The notes below the pieces were generated by a model that ran no database searches, was not told the origin of the DNA, and saw only the letters and a list, made by a program, of their open reading frames with translations. Shown here in pieces: positions 1 to 12,490 of a stretch of DNA of 64,000 nucleotides. This stretch comes from the human T2T-CHM13v2.0 reference genome, Homo sapiens, in the NCBI RefSeq assembly GCF_009914755.1, contig NC_060933.1; one strand, given 5' to 3'. Position 1 is the stretch's first letter; every line of letters starts with the position of its first letter. The position numbers and the translations under genes are program-made.

Positions 1-103
1 GGGTATCAGTTCTCTTAAATCAATTTAGAAAACTTATGGTATCATAATAAAAATACCCAAAGATTATTTTTAAAATTTAGTCAATTTATATCTAAAGGTT
101 ACC

Positions 104-552
104 TGGAACTGGACAATGTTATGTTAAACAAAATAAGTCAGGTATAGAAATACAAATATCACATGTTCTCACTCATATGTAGGAGCCAAAAAAATATTCA
201 AATGGAGATAAAGGGTAGAATGATGGCTTCCAGAGGCCAGGATGGGAAGTGGGGATTGGAGGATAAAGTGGAGATGATTAATGGGTACAAAACTACAGTC
301 AGAAGGAATAAGATCTACTGTCTGGTAGCACAATAGGGTGGCTATAGTTAACAATAATTTACTGTATATTTCAAAGTAACTAAAAGAGTGGAATTGGAAT
401 GCTCCTAACACAAGGAAATGATAAATCCTTGAGGAGATAGATAATTTCTTCCAATTACCCTGATTTGATCATTACGCCTTGCATACTTATATCAAAGCAT
501 CACATGTAGCCCATGAATACATACAACTAGTATGTATCCATTATAATTAAAA
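104..552 (+). mobile_element. LINE-1 3' end fragment, L1MA4/5-like
   Basis: ORF2-end/3'UTR motifs (acatgttctcactcatatgtaggagc ... attaccctgatttgatcattac) ending in an A-rich tail. Confidence 0.8.
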
Positions 553-599
553 CTTTGTTTTTAATTTAAAAGATTAAAATGATAAAAATAAAGTTTACA

Positions 600-1850
600 T
601 GAAAAATATATGCAAGGATTCCTGGAAAATTCTAAGGAAAACAAATAGAATATTATGGGAAGCTAGTCTACACAACATTAAAATATGTTATAAGGCTAAA
701 ATATCTTAAACAGTGTAGTAAAGATTTAAAAAAAACAGATTAAAACAACCAGAAATAAAAATTTAGTTTATAGTAAAGTGAATATAATAAAGATGGCATT
801 TCAATTCACTAGGGAAGGCATAAATTGCTTAATAAAATGTTAATAGTCATTAGTAATTGGGAAAAATAATAAAGTTGTATTTCTTCGTTGTATTTTTATT
901 AATATATGTTCCAGATGGGTCAAAGATTTTAACACAAATAAAAGCAGTAAAAAGTGGAAGAAAACCTGAATGAATTTTCTTTAGGAACTGCAGAGTTGTA
1001 AAGGTTTTTCTAAGTATAATACTTTGAAACTATTAAAAGGAAAGAGTAAATGAAATTTAGAAAAATTCAAGAAAATTTGCATAGCATAAAAATGATCAAA
1101 TCAAAAGATAAATGGCAAACTGGAGAAACATGCTTGTGATTCATACCACAAAGGTTAATTATCTTAAAGAACTCTGACAAGTCAACAAGAAATAGAAAAT
1201 TTGCATTAAAAAAAAAGACTATGAATCATCCTTACTCATTATAAGAGAAATGTAAGTTACAACTACTGTAAAGTGCCATTTTTTTGACACACAGGAAAAA
1301 TGAGTAAAATTTAATAATGTACCATAGTAATAAATGTGTGTGTAAACACATTACATAAATGGGAGGGAAAATTGGTTAAAACTCTATTGGTGGCAATTGA
1401 GCACAGCAATCAAAATTACATTCACTTTTTTTTTTTACTCAGTTTACTCGTGGGAATTTATCCTACAGATATATATTTGAGGAACAACATTGAGAAATTT
1501 CAGGAAAAAAAAACTAAATGTCCATCAATAAGTTGACTCTAAGTTACAATGTTTTATTAAAAAATGATGTGCCATTTCTCTGTGGACAAATATGAAAAAA
1601 AAAAACAAACTCTAAAAGCCTGTTACAGAATGCTGTGTATACAGTTTTACCACTAGTATTCTGTATAAATGTGCATGGACCTACATATACCACATGCTTG
1701 GATATGCACAGATACTCTCTGGATAAATATACTGTATAGGAAACTGTAGCAAGAGTTTGTGTCAAGGGAGAATGGCAACAGAAGCCAATTTACTTTTCAA
1801 CAATCATACTTTTGCTTTTCAATTTCTTTCCTTTGCATATGAATACTGAT
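600..1850 (+). mobile_element. Highly decayed ancient LINE-1 (L1ME-like) fragments
   Basis: A-rich sequence with degenerate ORF2 motifs (aaatggcaaactggagaaa, gggaatttatcctacagat, aaatgtccatcaata); boundaries approximate. Confidence 0.5.
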
Positions 1851-2635
1851 GCAAAAATGACAAAATATTTTCATTTAGAACTTATTTTGCTATTCCTTTT
1901 CATTTTAAATATGCCAAGTGAGTTTTAAAAATGGAAGTGTCTTGAGGAACTTCCAGCTGCTGAGAGGTCACAACCATCACTTAACAAAAATCATCATTTT
2001 TTTTCCACTATACTTTTTGGTTTCTCATTTTTGAAGAAAACAGTCAAAAAGATCCTTTACACTCCTGGCAGACAGCAGCTAAGAAAAATGATGACCCTAT
2101 CTTTTAGGGCATTTCTAGTATTCAGCTCAGTAAAGTTTAGGACAAGTTTGCCTTTATTTGCACATACAATCTCACGGAAATTTAGGATCTCAGAGTCAAA
2201 ATGGACCTTAAATGTCCCATCCGTTGCTAGCTTTTGAATGATTTCCTGACAAGTGCTCTGGCTTGTCTTCTGTTGAAAGATGTGAAAGTCTGGCAATTCT
2301 TTTCATTGTAATTAAAGTAAAAACATTATTGGAAGATTTGCTTAGAATGTTATTACGAAGATTTCCTAGATAATTTCTTTTCCATGTACATCTTGAAAAA
2401 GTCACCATCTGTAATACCATTTCTCAACAATTCCCCGTAAATACATGTATCATAGTTCTTATTACCCAGCATTGCAAACTTCAACTTATTTATCTGACTC
2501 CTGGTATTTGGGTTGTTATTTATCTTTATTCCCATTGCCTCCTTAGCACATTGCCTGGTGCATAGTAGGCAATTAATAAATGCTTTATGATGAAGGCATG
2601 CATTTCATTAAATCCAAGGGTTATTTTTTCTCTAA

Positions 2636-2990
<355 letters not shown>

Positions 2991-4424
2991 CCTTCTTCAT
3001 TTTTAGGTGGCTCAGCTTGCTTCTCATATTTTAAACGAACATCTCCCTCCCAATGTTTATCTCTGCTAAGCTGAATTAACATTTTTTCACATATTAATTT
3101 TCTATTCTGATACTGATATTATATCAATAATTAAGAGAAGTAGTACATATCATTCTAGTGAATATAATACATGACCAATACATTGAAAGATAATTCTTCA
3201 AAAACAATATTACCATCCGATAATAACCTTTTAAAGTATTAGTATAGGGCTCCAAAACTACAGGTCATAAAGATAACCAAACAAAGAACTTCGTGGTTAT
3301 TTTCTGTTAGCTGAAATTCAATTTGAAATACCAGTTGAACTTCATTTAGGAAAAAAAAAAAAAAAAAAGACTTCCTGGAAAAATGGAAGCTAATTAAAAA
3401 ACTAAACAAGCAAACAACAATTACAACAAAACACTTTCTTCACAACAGGGAATTTTTAAAAGAAAAAGGAGCTCTGTGTTCACAAATAACAGAGTATTGT
3501 GTGATTTACAAAGCAATAAACATTTAAGCTAATGCAGTTCCTGCCAATAAGGGTTTTAAACTGCACAACAGTGACTAAGATAGGTAACCTTCCCTCTGGA
3601 GTTATTTTAAGCAAAAGATAGTGTTGGTGTCTAGGTCTGATTTAGACTTAATGACTTTTCAAACTTCCTTCCAGTTTTATCATTTTATTACGTTTAGGGG
3701 AAAAAAAAGCCTCCAAATTTGGAAGAATAAATAAGACCACGTTAAGATCACACAGGCTTTATCCAAGGTAGCATCTCATCCCATAAAGAAAGAACTGGGT
3801 CATGTAGGTTAGGTTAGAGCAATCCTTTGGGTAAAGCAGGTATAGTTCTCTTAAGGAAAAAAAAAAATAACCATTTACATATGGCTTTAAGAATACTTCT
3901 AAATTACTTCTGAACATTTAGTATTTAATCAGGACATAGTGGCTGCAAAGGTATGACTCTCATTATGGAAGATATTATTGATAAAGATCTGTATGTGAGT
4001 TTAGTTGTTTTGTAAAGTTGAATATTTTAATTGTAATAGGGCTGTTTAATAAATAAAGAATAGAAGTAACACATAAATAAGTACCCTCCAGTCATCTATG
4101 TCTTACCACAAATTTCTATATGCAGAATAATATCAGCATTTTTAAAGTCCAGTGATAAAAATGTTAGAGAATAAGGCAAAGGCCATGCAAAATGACTTTG
4201 GTTAAAAACAGTGGATCCCTTTATATGTATTTAAATACTCAGGTGAATCTACAAAGAAAAGATTAAAAATAAATCAATAAATCAATAAATCACCGTACAA
4301 GACTCCTGACCTGGTTACTAACTTTAATTACTGGGCTGACAGATTCAGCTTTTTTTTTTTTTCTTCTATTGCCTCCTTAATTCAAAATCATACTGCTCTC
4401 CTTGAGACTTGATTTCTTGATATC

Positions 4425-5063
4425 TTTTTTCTTTTTTTTTTTATTATACTTTAAGTTTTAGGGTACATGTGCACATTGTGCAGGTTAGTTACCTATGTAT
4501 ACATGTGCCATGCTGGTGCGCTGCACCCACTAACTCGTCATCTAGCATTAGGTATATCTCCCAATGCTATCCCTCCCCCCTCCCCCCAACCCCACCACAG
4601 TCCCCAGAGTTTGATATTCCCCTTCCTGTGTCCATGTGATCTCATTGTTCAATTCCCACCTATGAGTGAGAATATGCGGTGTTTGGTTTTTTGTTCTTGC
4701 GATAGTTTACTGAGAATGATGATTTCCAATTTCATCCATGTCCCTACAAAGGACATGAACTCATCATTTTTTATGGCTGCATAGTATTCCATGGTGTATA
4801 TGTGCCACATTTTCTTAATCCAGTCTATCATTGTTGGGCATTTGGGTTGGTTCCAAGTCTTTGCTATTGTGAATAATGCTGCAATAAACATACGTGTGCA
4901 TGTGTCTTTATAGCAGCAAGATTTATAGTCCTTTGGGTATATACCCAGTAATGGGATGGCTGGGTCAAATGGTATTTCTAGTTCTAGATCCCTGAGGAAT
5001 CGCCACACTGACTTCCACAATGGTTGAACTAGTTTACAGTCCCACCAACAGTGTAAAAGTGTT
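4425..5063 (-). mobile_element. 5'-truncated young LINE-1, L1PA2-like (not L1HS-Ta)
   Basis: ORF 4649-5020 matches the L1 ORF2p C-terminus (…EIPFDPAIPLLGIYPKDYKSCCYKDTC…FSLIGGN). The 3'UTR reads gatgacGAGttag rather than the Ta ACA, and cttAAAgtataa. Poly-T tail present. Confidence 0.93.
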
Positions 5064-5280
5064 ATAATGCCATTTCAGTTAGCTTGCCTTCTCATATTTA
5101 GTTCTTCCTTTCCCCCCACATCCTTTCTCCCCTCTCTTTTCCTCCTCCTGCTCTTTCTCCTCCCCTTCCTCCTCCCCCTATTTAAATTCCTCTACAACCT
5201 TCATAAGAGAACTCAGAATAAATGAGCCCACCGCTCTAGCAGTTGATGCTACACTTGCGATCTCCCTTCCTCTTTCTCAT

Positions 5281-5644
5281 GAAGTTCAAAATCAAGGTGT
5301 TAGCAAGGTTGGTTCCTTCTGGGGGCTGTGTTCCTTCTGGGCCCTATTCTATGCCTCCCACAGTTTGGAGGTTTGCTGGCAATCTTTGGTGTTCCTTAGC
5401 TTGTAGACATCTGCCTTCATCTTCACGTGGCATTTTTTCTGTGCATGTACCTGTGTCCAAATTTCCCCTTTTTATAAGAACACCAGTCATATTATAATAC
5501 AGTCCTCCACTCCAGTATGACTTTATTTTAGCTTACCTAATTACATTTTAAATCAGCCTATTTCTAAGGAAAGTCACATTTTAGGGTATCAGGATGAGGG
5601 CTTCAATATATTAATTTCCAGGGGGTCACAATTCAACCCATAAC
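5281..5644 (-). mobile_element. MaLR solo LTR, MLT1B/C-like
   Basis: aagttcaaaatcaaggtg…; ends gggggtcacaattcaacccataac, the reverse complement of the MLT1 start. Confidence 0.8.
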
Positions 5645-5654
5645 CCTCTCTTTG

Positions 5655-5767
5655 AAAGTTTGACTCCATAGGTCTGATATGGCATCTAACAGACACCATT
5701 TGTAACAAATACACCTGCACATTTTGATGCAGAGGGCCATCAGCTATCCACTCTTTGAAAACCACTG
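5655..5767. mobile_element. MER5-like hAT-Charlie MITE fragment
   Basis: taggtctg…tttgtaacaa…ttgatgc… ending in the MER5-type terminus tttgaaaaccactg. Confidence 0.55.
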
Positions 5768-5773
5768 AAAAGA

Positions 5774-5816
5774 GTTTACCAGCCATACCTCCCTGAATGT
5801 GCCTGATGTCTTCTGA
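5774..5816 (+). pseudogene. 3'-truncated (tailless) 5S rRNA retropseudogene, first ~42 nt
   Basis: GTTTACCAGCCATACCTCCCTGAATGTGCCTGATGTCTTCTGA vs the 5S start GTCTACGGCCATACCACCCTGAACGCGCCCGATCTCGTCTGA: 34/42 identities, with 5 of 8 mismatches at CpGs. Flanked by a perfect direct repeat AAAACCACTGAAAAGA (5758-5773 and 5816-5831). Confidence 0.88.
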
Positions 5817-6039
5817 AAACCACTGAAAAGACTTGGAAACAAAAGCTCACTAATTAGTTTTTAGGGTGACAATTCTTTCCTGGAGGTGGCTGTAATTCTG
5901 TTCCCTCACCCCGTCCCCCCCGCCAGAAAGGATTTGCACTAACATTTCCTTTATTGTCATATATATTGTTTAGAAAAACAAAACTGGAGGGGCTATCAAT
6001 GCAGAAAAACCCTGGCTCAAATCATGTGACTTTGTTAAC

Positions 6040-6155
6040 ATATCACCTTGGACCTTTGTGAGCCTCTATTTTCACAAATGTAAAATGGGATAATGTACCT
6101 CATTAGGCTGAGAATGTAGGAATGTGCCTGGCAAGATATGAAGTGCTCAATGTAT
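6040..6155 (+). mobile_element. MIR fragment
   Basis: ctttgtgagcctctattttc…tgtaaaatgggataat core, then gtgcctggca…gtgctcaat. Confidence 0.6.
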
Positions 6156-7577
6156 GTTCTCTTTCCCGAGCTTGAGTCATGGCACAAACTGACATTCTCA
6201 AACTTCCAGTAAACAAGTAGGGGATGGAAAGATACATGAAAATAATTCTTAGCTATTTTTCATTTCACAAGTGACACAGGCTTATTGTGAATAGAATGTA
6301 AACTCTGTAAAGCAGGGGCTTTGTTTGGTTCACTACAAATCTTAGTACATACTTTAGTACTTAGAACCTAATGGGTACACAACAAATATTAAAATTTTAA
6401 AACAAAAAGCAGGAAATTATTCTTTAAAATTACAATGAAATGTATAGCCTTCCACCTATAATGATTGAGACTATATTTAACATAGCAATATGCAGTGAAC
6501 TAAATTACCTAACATTAAGTGTTCACCGAAAAGATGATTTTAAATGTCACTATAGTGTTTCAATGTGTTCACTGTGTCAATGTGTTACATAATTCATGTA
6601 ACTACTTGAGAGTACTTTTATGTCATTCCTAATGTTCACTCTGCTAAGCAATGCTTTGATATTGTTGCTAACAGTCAAGGGAGGAAGCACCTATTTGGTT
6701 TGCATGGCATAAAGATGGACTCCAACCACTGAAGTATGACAGTAATAGCTGCAGTGCCTCCTCTTATGAACCATTACAAAGAGGGGTATTTCTTTTGGGC
6801 CTAGGTTCTGAAGGAGGAATAGGTAGTGAGGCAGGGGAGGAGTGAGGAGCTTGGAATCATACTTGGAAGGATTCTGAAAATTAGTCATTGCTGAATTACA
6901 GTAAGCATTGCTTTATTAATTAGTAACTCATCAAAGGTTTCCATAAAGAATGTGATAAACTCATAGGAAGTATATATTATGAAAATAAGATAAAATAATA
7001 AACAGCATCAAGAAAAATGCCATATCATACAAAGCATTAGCACCAGTGGAAGAAATAAAATAGATATATCCACATCACAAAATGTTAGAATTAGAACACA
7101 ACACTTGTTTTGAGCTTCCTGGAAACTAAGAGCACTAGGCCTCTGGGTCTCAGGGTATTTGGTGGAATACTATTTCATAGAGATTTACTGGGTGTTAACA
7201 AATTTTAAAAAGCAAACCCAAAAATGGATTACATGATCAATATGTTTGGGAAACAACAGGCTAAGAAAATACAGCAAAAATTTTTTCCGGTTGTTCCTCA
7301 GAGCCTTTCCTATTCTAGTGTGCATTCTGAATCTTCAAAAAAGGGTCACAGAGTATATACAATCTTTTCAAAGCTTATGTGACACTGAACGTTTTTATTG
7401 AATGCCACAAAGGGCTAGTGTTGCATGGAATACTCTTTAATACTGGATTCTGGGATACCCAAAGCCAGATTGCAATGTTATTGTAGCAACTAGTTGTCAC
7501 TCAGTTGTAGTTTTCCTAGACATCATGTATTACTCTAACTATATCTGTGTCTGTATCTACTTGTCTTTATAGTTGTA

Positions 7578-7620
7578 CATATACATACACACACGTGCAT
7601 GCACACACACACACAAACAC
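7578..7620. repeat. Imperfect (TA)/(CA)n microsatellite
   Basis: Visible catatacatacacacacgtgcatgcacacac. Confidence 0.8.
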
Positions 7621-8644
7621 TATCTTATTTTATTATACGTATTCCCTGTGAGTCATTTTGAGTCTTTTGTGGAATGGATTAATTAATTACTAATACGATT
7701 AAGTAATGTTTATTATGTTTGAATTTTAACAAAAGGACCTACTCACACACATTCTGATACTGTGATGCTCTTTCTTCAACTGTGTCAGTATATTTTTCTA
7801 TTTTGTATTATCTTTTCCATTATAGTTCCATGGTTACTTATTCTAATCATGCTCTCAGTGAATTGTTAGCGACATTTCTCCTTACATAGTGATGGGTCAA
7901 AGCAGTTCCCTAGGCATATCTTGTATGTGCCTGGTGTATGGGAGTAACATTGATTGATTGCCCCTCAGTTCCAGAACCTAGACTGAGTTTTTCTTCATCA
8001 AAGTATCATTTGGATTAGTTACTTACTTAAAATGCAACTCTTCCAAGAAGAATTTGTGTTTTTAATGTTAACTTTTATGAAAGAAAGGAGAGACCATTGA
8101 AATTGGCAAGAGGTGAGTTTTCAGAAATTTTGCAAAACTTTTTCAAGGGATGGGTGGGCACTTGGTTCCATGAACAGAATCTTCTTTTCCATTAGCTAAC
8201 AGATTGAGTCGGTTTATTTTAATAAAGGGGATGTTTTTTTCCTGGGTTTGGAGGGCATATGGCAGCATCAAAACCAGGGACCAGTCAAACAGAGAATTGG
8301 CCCACTAGCCCAATTGGCCTCTGCCTAATTTTGTAACAGGATATTGCTCTTGAATTTCAAGCAATGGTCTTCATATGTGACTATTCTTGTCAATTCAGAA
8401 ATATGTGTTGAGTCCCAAATCTCAAATCTACACTAGAGCCTATTCTAGAGACTAGGGGATATGGAAATTATCAGGACCCTGTCTATACCCTCTAGGAGTA
8501 TATATCACATTTAAGCGATTTAAGAAATATCTGTGACATGAAGAAATATTTGTGTTCAAATAGCATATGATATAACCTGATGGTCACATTTGGAGAGTCA
8601 AGAATGTAAGTTCCTCACCCGAATGTTTTCTTTTCTGACATGTA

Positions 8645-8962
8645 CCTGTGTTTTGCTGTTCCTTTAACCTGGAATTCCTTGCCCCCAGATATTTACATCT
8701 GATACTTCCCATCCTCAGATCTTAACTCAAACGTCACATTCCCAGAGATGCCTTCCCCGATCTATCCCAATCCATTACTCTTGGTCATATCATCAATGCC
8801 AAATTTATTTCTTCATAATACTTATCAACACCTGATATTAACCTACTTAACCTATCACTGCTGGTTTTTTATCATCTCTAACTAGAATGTTAACTGTGGG
8901 GAGACAACAGCCTTGTCTACTTTGAATATCACATTTTAGGCACTCAATAAATATTAGTGAAA
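8645..8962 (+). mobile_element. L2a 3' end fragment
   Basis: gctgttcct…ctggaat, ctcaaacgtcac…agagatgccttcc, ctagaatgt, taggcactcaataaatat. Confidence 0.7.
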
Positions 8963-9253
8963 ATTCTTCAACTAAAAGAGAAACAAAGAAGAAAACATGG
9001 CAGTATTTATCCAGATCTGACCAGGTAGAAAATCATTCATTTCGGTGACAGAAATATTCTAGTCACCAGAGAATTGATCTTTATTATAAAAGCACAGATG
9101 GTTCATTACTCCTCATCATTTTCTGGATGAAACAAATCTTATCTCCATTTCCTTTTGTTCCAAGTCCAAGCTAGGCAAACAAGTGCAGTCTAAAGTGTCA
9201 GCTTCCCAGGTATGCTGATCTCCAATCTACTCTAGAAAGCAGAAAGTATGTCT

Positions 9254-9556
<303 letters not shown>

Positions 9557-11829
9557 TTATATCTCAGGAATTTGAGTGTTTGACCTATAAAGTTGAGAAT
9601 AAGCTGTTGAAGCACACAAAAAGAAATTATCCTGGAAAGCCTCCAAATGATCAGCACATTTTCTTAGCACTCATCTCCAAGAGTAGTATGTCTTCTCCAA
9701 GTTTAGTAATATCTAAATCAAGAACAAAAAATATGAAAATGCCTAGTTTGATACTAAATATAATACTTTTAAACAGTGCTTTGTGATAAAATGTCTGTCA
9801 CTTTGAGAAATGTCTCAGCCTGCACTGTCCAAGGTTTCAAAATGACTCACAGGGAAGCTAAAGGCAGTCTATCTAGAGATTAAAAATCACCACCTTATAT
9901 TAACTTATTTAATTTTTATCTATGGTTTTCTGCAATCTTGAACTAGAATGACTCCATAATACCAAGTTTACTTATGTACTTAATAGGTATATTTCCATAG
10001 ATAGATAAAAATACTAGCTCTTTAAAATGCATAAGTCACAAAAACTATGTTTTCATAAATTTGAAAAGACAAGAATAATACCAGTGTTTATAATCTGAAG
10101 CATTACTATTAAGACCATAAGGATGTAATGTAATCTCTTTCAACGTGATTTTGGAAGCAATCTTCAATTACTAGGTTATACTGGTTCAATGGCTTAATTA
10201 TTTCTCCCAACCCAGTTATCATACAAACCCTACTATTTCTGCACAGTTGGATAGTTTTTGTTCACTTAAGATGGAACTATTTGATTTCATTTTAGACCCT
10301 GGATATTAGTCAACATTAGACACATTATGTATACCTTTTGTGGGCATAGATAAATATTTCTCTTATTTATTTTAACTGTTAGAGGTATGAAACAGTTTTA
10401 AAAATTACACCTTCACAAGTTAAATGTTTAATTATAGAATCTGATTTATGTGCCATGCATTATGCATTTGCTATTATCAATAGCACTACAATGATAATTT
10501 TTCACTTTAAATACGGTAATTTTTAATATCATCTGTAAATAATTGCTATTCAAACTCAAAGTACTTTCAGGTTAGCCCTGAAATTCAAGTCAAAGAAAGT
10601 ACATTTTCCAATTTCCCACTGTAAACATAGTCAATTGAAGTAATCACAGCTTGTTAAGAAGATTAAGGCTGTTTAATATCATTTAGGATTCTTAAAATAC
10701 CAATCTCACAATCTTCTGTTACTTTACATAAATTGTAGCAGATTTATAAGGATTTCAGACAGGCTAATTAATGCCTTTAGAAGTCTTTCCTCAAATTTTA
10801 TTTATTTTTAAAGGACCTGTTTCATTTCTTACAATGAGAAGGTACTGGTCTTGAAAATAAAATACATAACCTATCAATAAATTCCTCACAGAGAGTAAAA
10901 AAAGTCTCCTCTCTCACTTCCAATATTCAATAACAAAAATGTTCCCCTCCATTCTAAATAATCTTTCTCTTTCTTCATCCTCACCCTGATACATAACAAG
11001 CTAAAAAAAGGTACCTACGTTTGAAGTTTATGTATATGTCTCAGCTCTGGAATATGAGATTTATGAGTTCAAAAGAAAAGTCCAGAAACCAATTTTGAGA
11101 ATTGCTGAGTATGAAGACATAAACATTTGGTGCCATGCCTAAAAATAATTAGCTATGTTTAATTCCAAAAATAGACTTGCAGTGTCTGCCAATATTTTGA
11201 AAACTGAAAGAGAAAGAGGGTGTTTTTTTTTTAAATGTTTTGCATGAAACTTGGCTCTTCTGTATGCCTCACAGAGACCAGGTAATGTTTCCATGCATGT
11301 ATGAATAAGTAGATTGGAAATTCAAAGTCTGCTTTTTGGCTTATGTGAATATTACCAATGGCACCTAATTTCCATGCCCATCTTAGAGTATAGCTGCTTT
11401 TACAGCAGGATTGGGCCACTGTCCATTATTTTACTGCTGGTTTACTTTTTGTAAAAACTAATGTCAGAATGCATACAGTTTTTCCTAAGAACATGTAGAT
11501 TTTATAAATATATAATTGTCCATTTATACTACAAGTGCAATTAAAAGAGAATTTTATGTTTTGAATTTTCGTTTTGATTTAAAAATCACCACAAGCCTTA
11601 GGACCAAAAATAACAGTAACCTACTCTAACTGCTGCCTGTGGGGTGGGGGAGGAGAACTATATGCAACTGAATTTATAGACACAAATCCTAAGACTGTGT
11701 TAAATCTATTCAAAGCATTTTTATGATGATATATCTTACGGCAAATCTTAGTTATTCACTGGGCTTTCTCTTCAGGATATAACTGCAATCTGCTATTTAA
11801 GGAAGCTAGAATTATAACCTTTATTTCAA

Positions 11830-12490
11830 GGTTCTTGGGGGCAGGAGGTAAAGAGGAGAAAAGATGTGAGGGGTAGGGAGATAGACTCATAGTTAATTCT
11901 CATTTCCTGGGTTCAAGACGGTGCCTCCCCTTTCTTTCACTGTATCTGGTTTCCTGGAGTACACAGCTTTCCTCACTTACTTCTACGGAGAATAAACTTG
12001 CTATCACTATGTTGGCTGGGTGGGGAGACCTAGGCCTTTAACTGCTTCTTATTAGATTTCTGAACAATACTCTAGTTTTCAGTCTCTTCATTAACCTATG
12101 TACTCATAGGCATATAATGTCTAATTTCTGAGCATTTGGGGGATCTGCACCTTTAATAAGCTCACCTCACACATGCTTCATCTTCTGCAGGCATTTAGGC
12201 TTCCTTTTCCTCTGCTCTGCTAAGTCCTTAGCACTTGACCATCTGCTTTCCATTTCCCATCATTTTATTGATATCATTTCTCTACTCTTATTAACTCTCT
12301 TCTTTGTCCTTTCTGGGTTTGTTCTTGTACAACCAATTTAATGAAGTTGCAGGAGAGAGTAGAGATAAATGCATGTGTTCCGTATGTCATATTTCTTCCT
12401 GTTCTATTCACGACAGAGAGCAAAAATACCTGTAATAAGCTTATGTAATCTTGAAAGCAGTTATGAAATTGTGCTGCCAATCTTTCATCC
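11830..12490 (-). mobile_element. Ancient L1/HAL1-like 5' region fragment
   Basis: Degenerate motifs (tctagttttcagtctc, ttctgagcatttggggg, ctctgctaagtc, catctgctttcc) typical of antisense old L1M/HAL1 5' ends. Confidence 0.4.

Noticed and set aside
2031-2535. Cluster of overlapping 60-80 aa ORFs in unique sequence
   Set aside because: No recognisable protein similarity and no convincing splice framework
5756-5831. Direct repeats with a 40-bp spacer, superficially CRISPR-like
   Set aside because: Only two copies in mammalian DNA; explained as a TSD around a 5S fragment
7150-7445. Possible hAT-Charlie MITE with weak inverted ends (similar weak signal at 59300-59430)
   Set aside because: Too diverged to assign by eye
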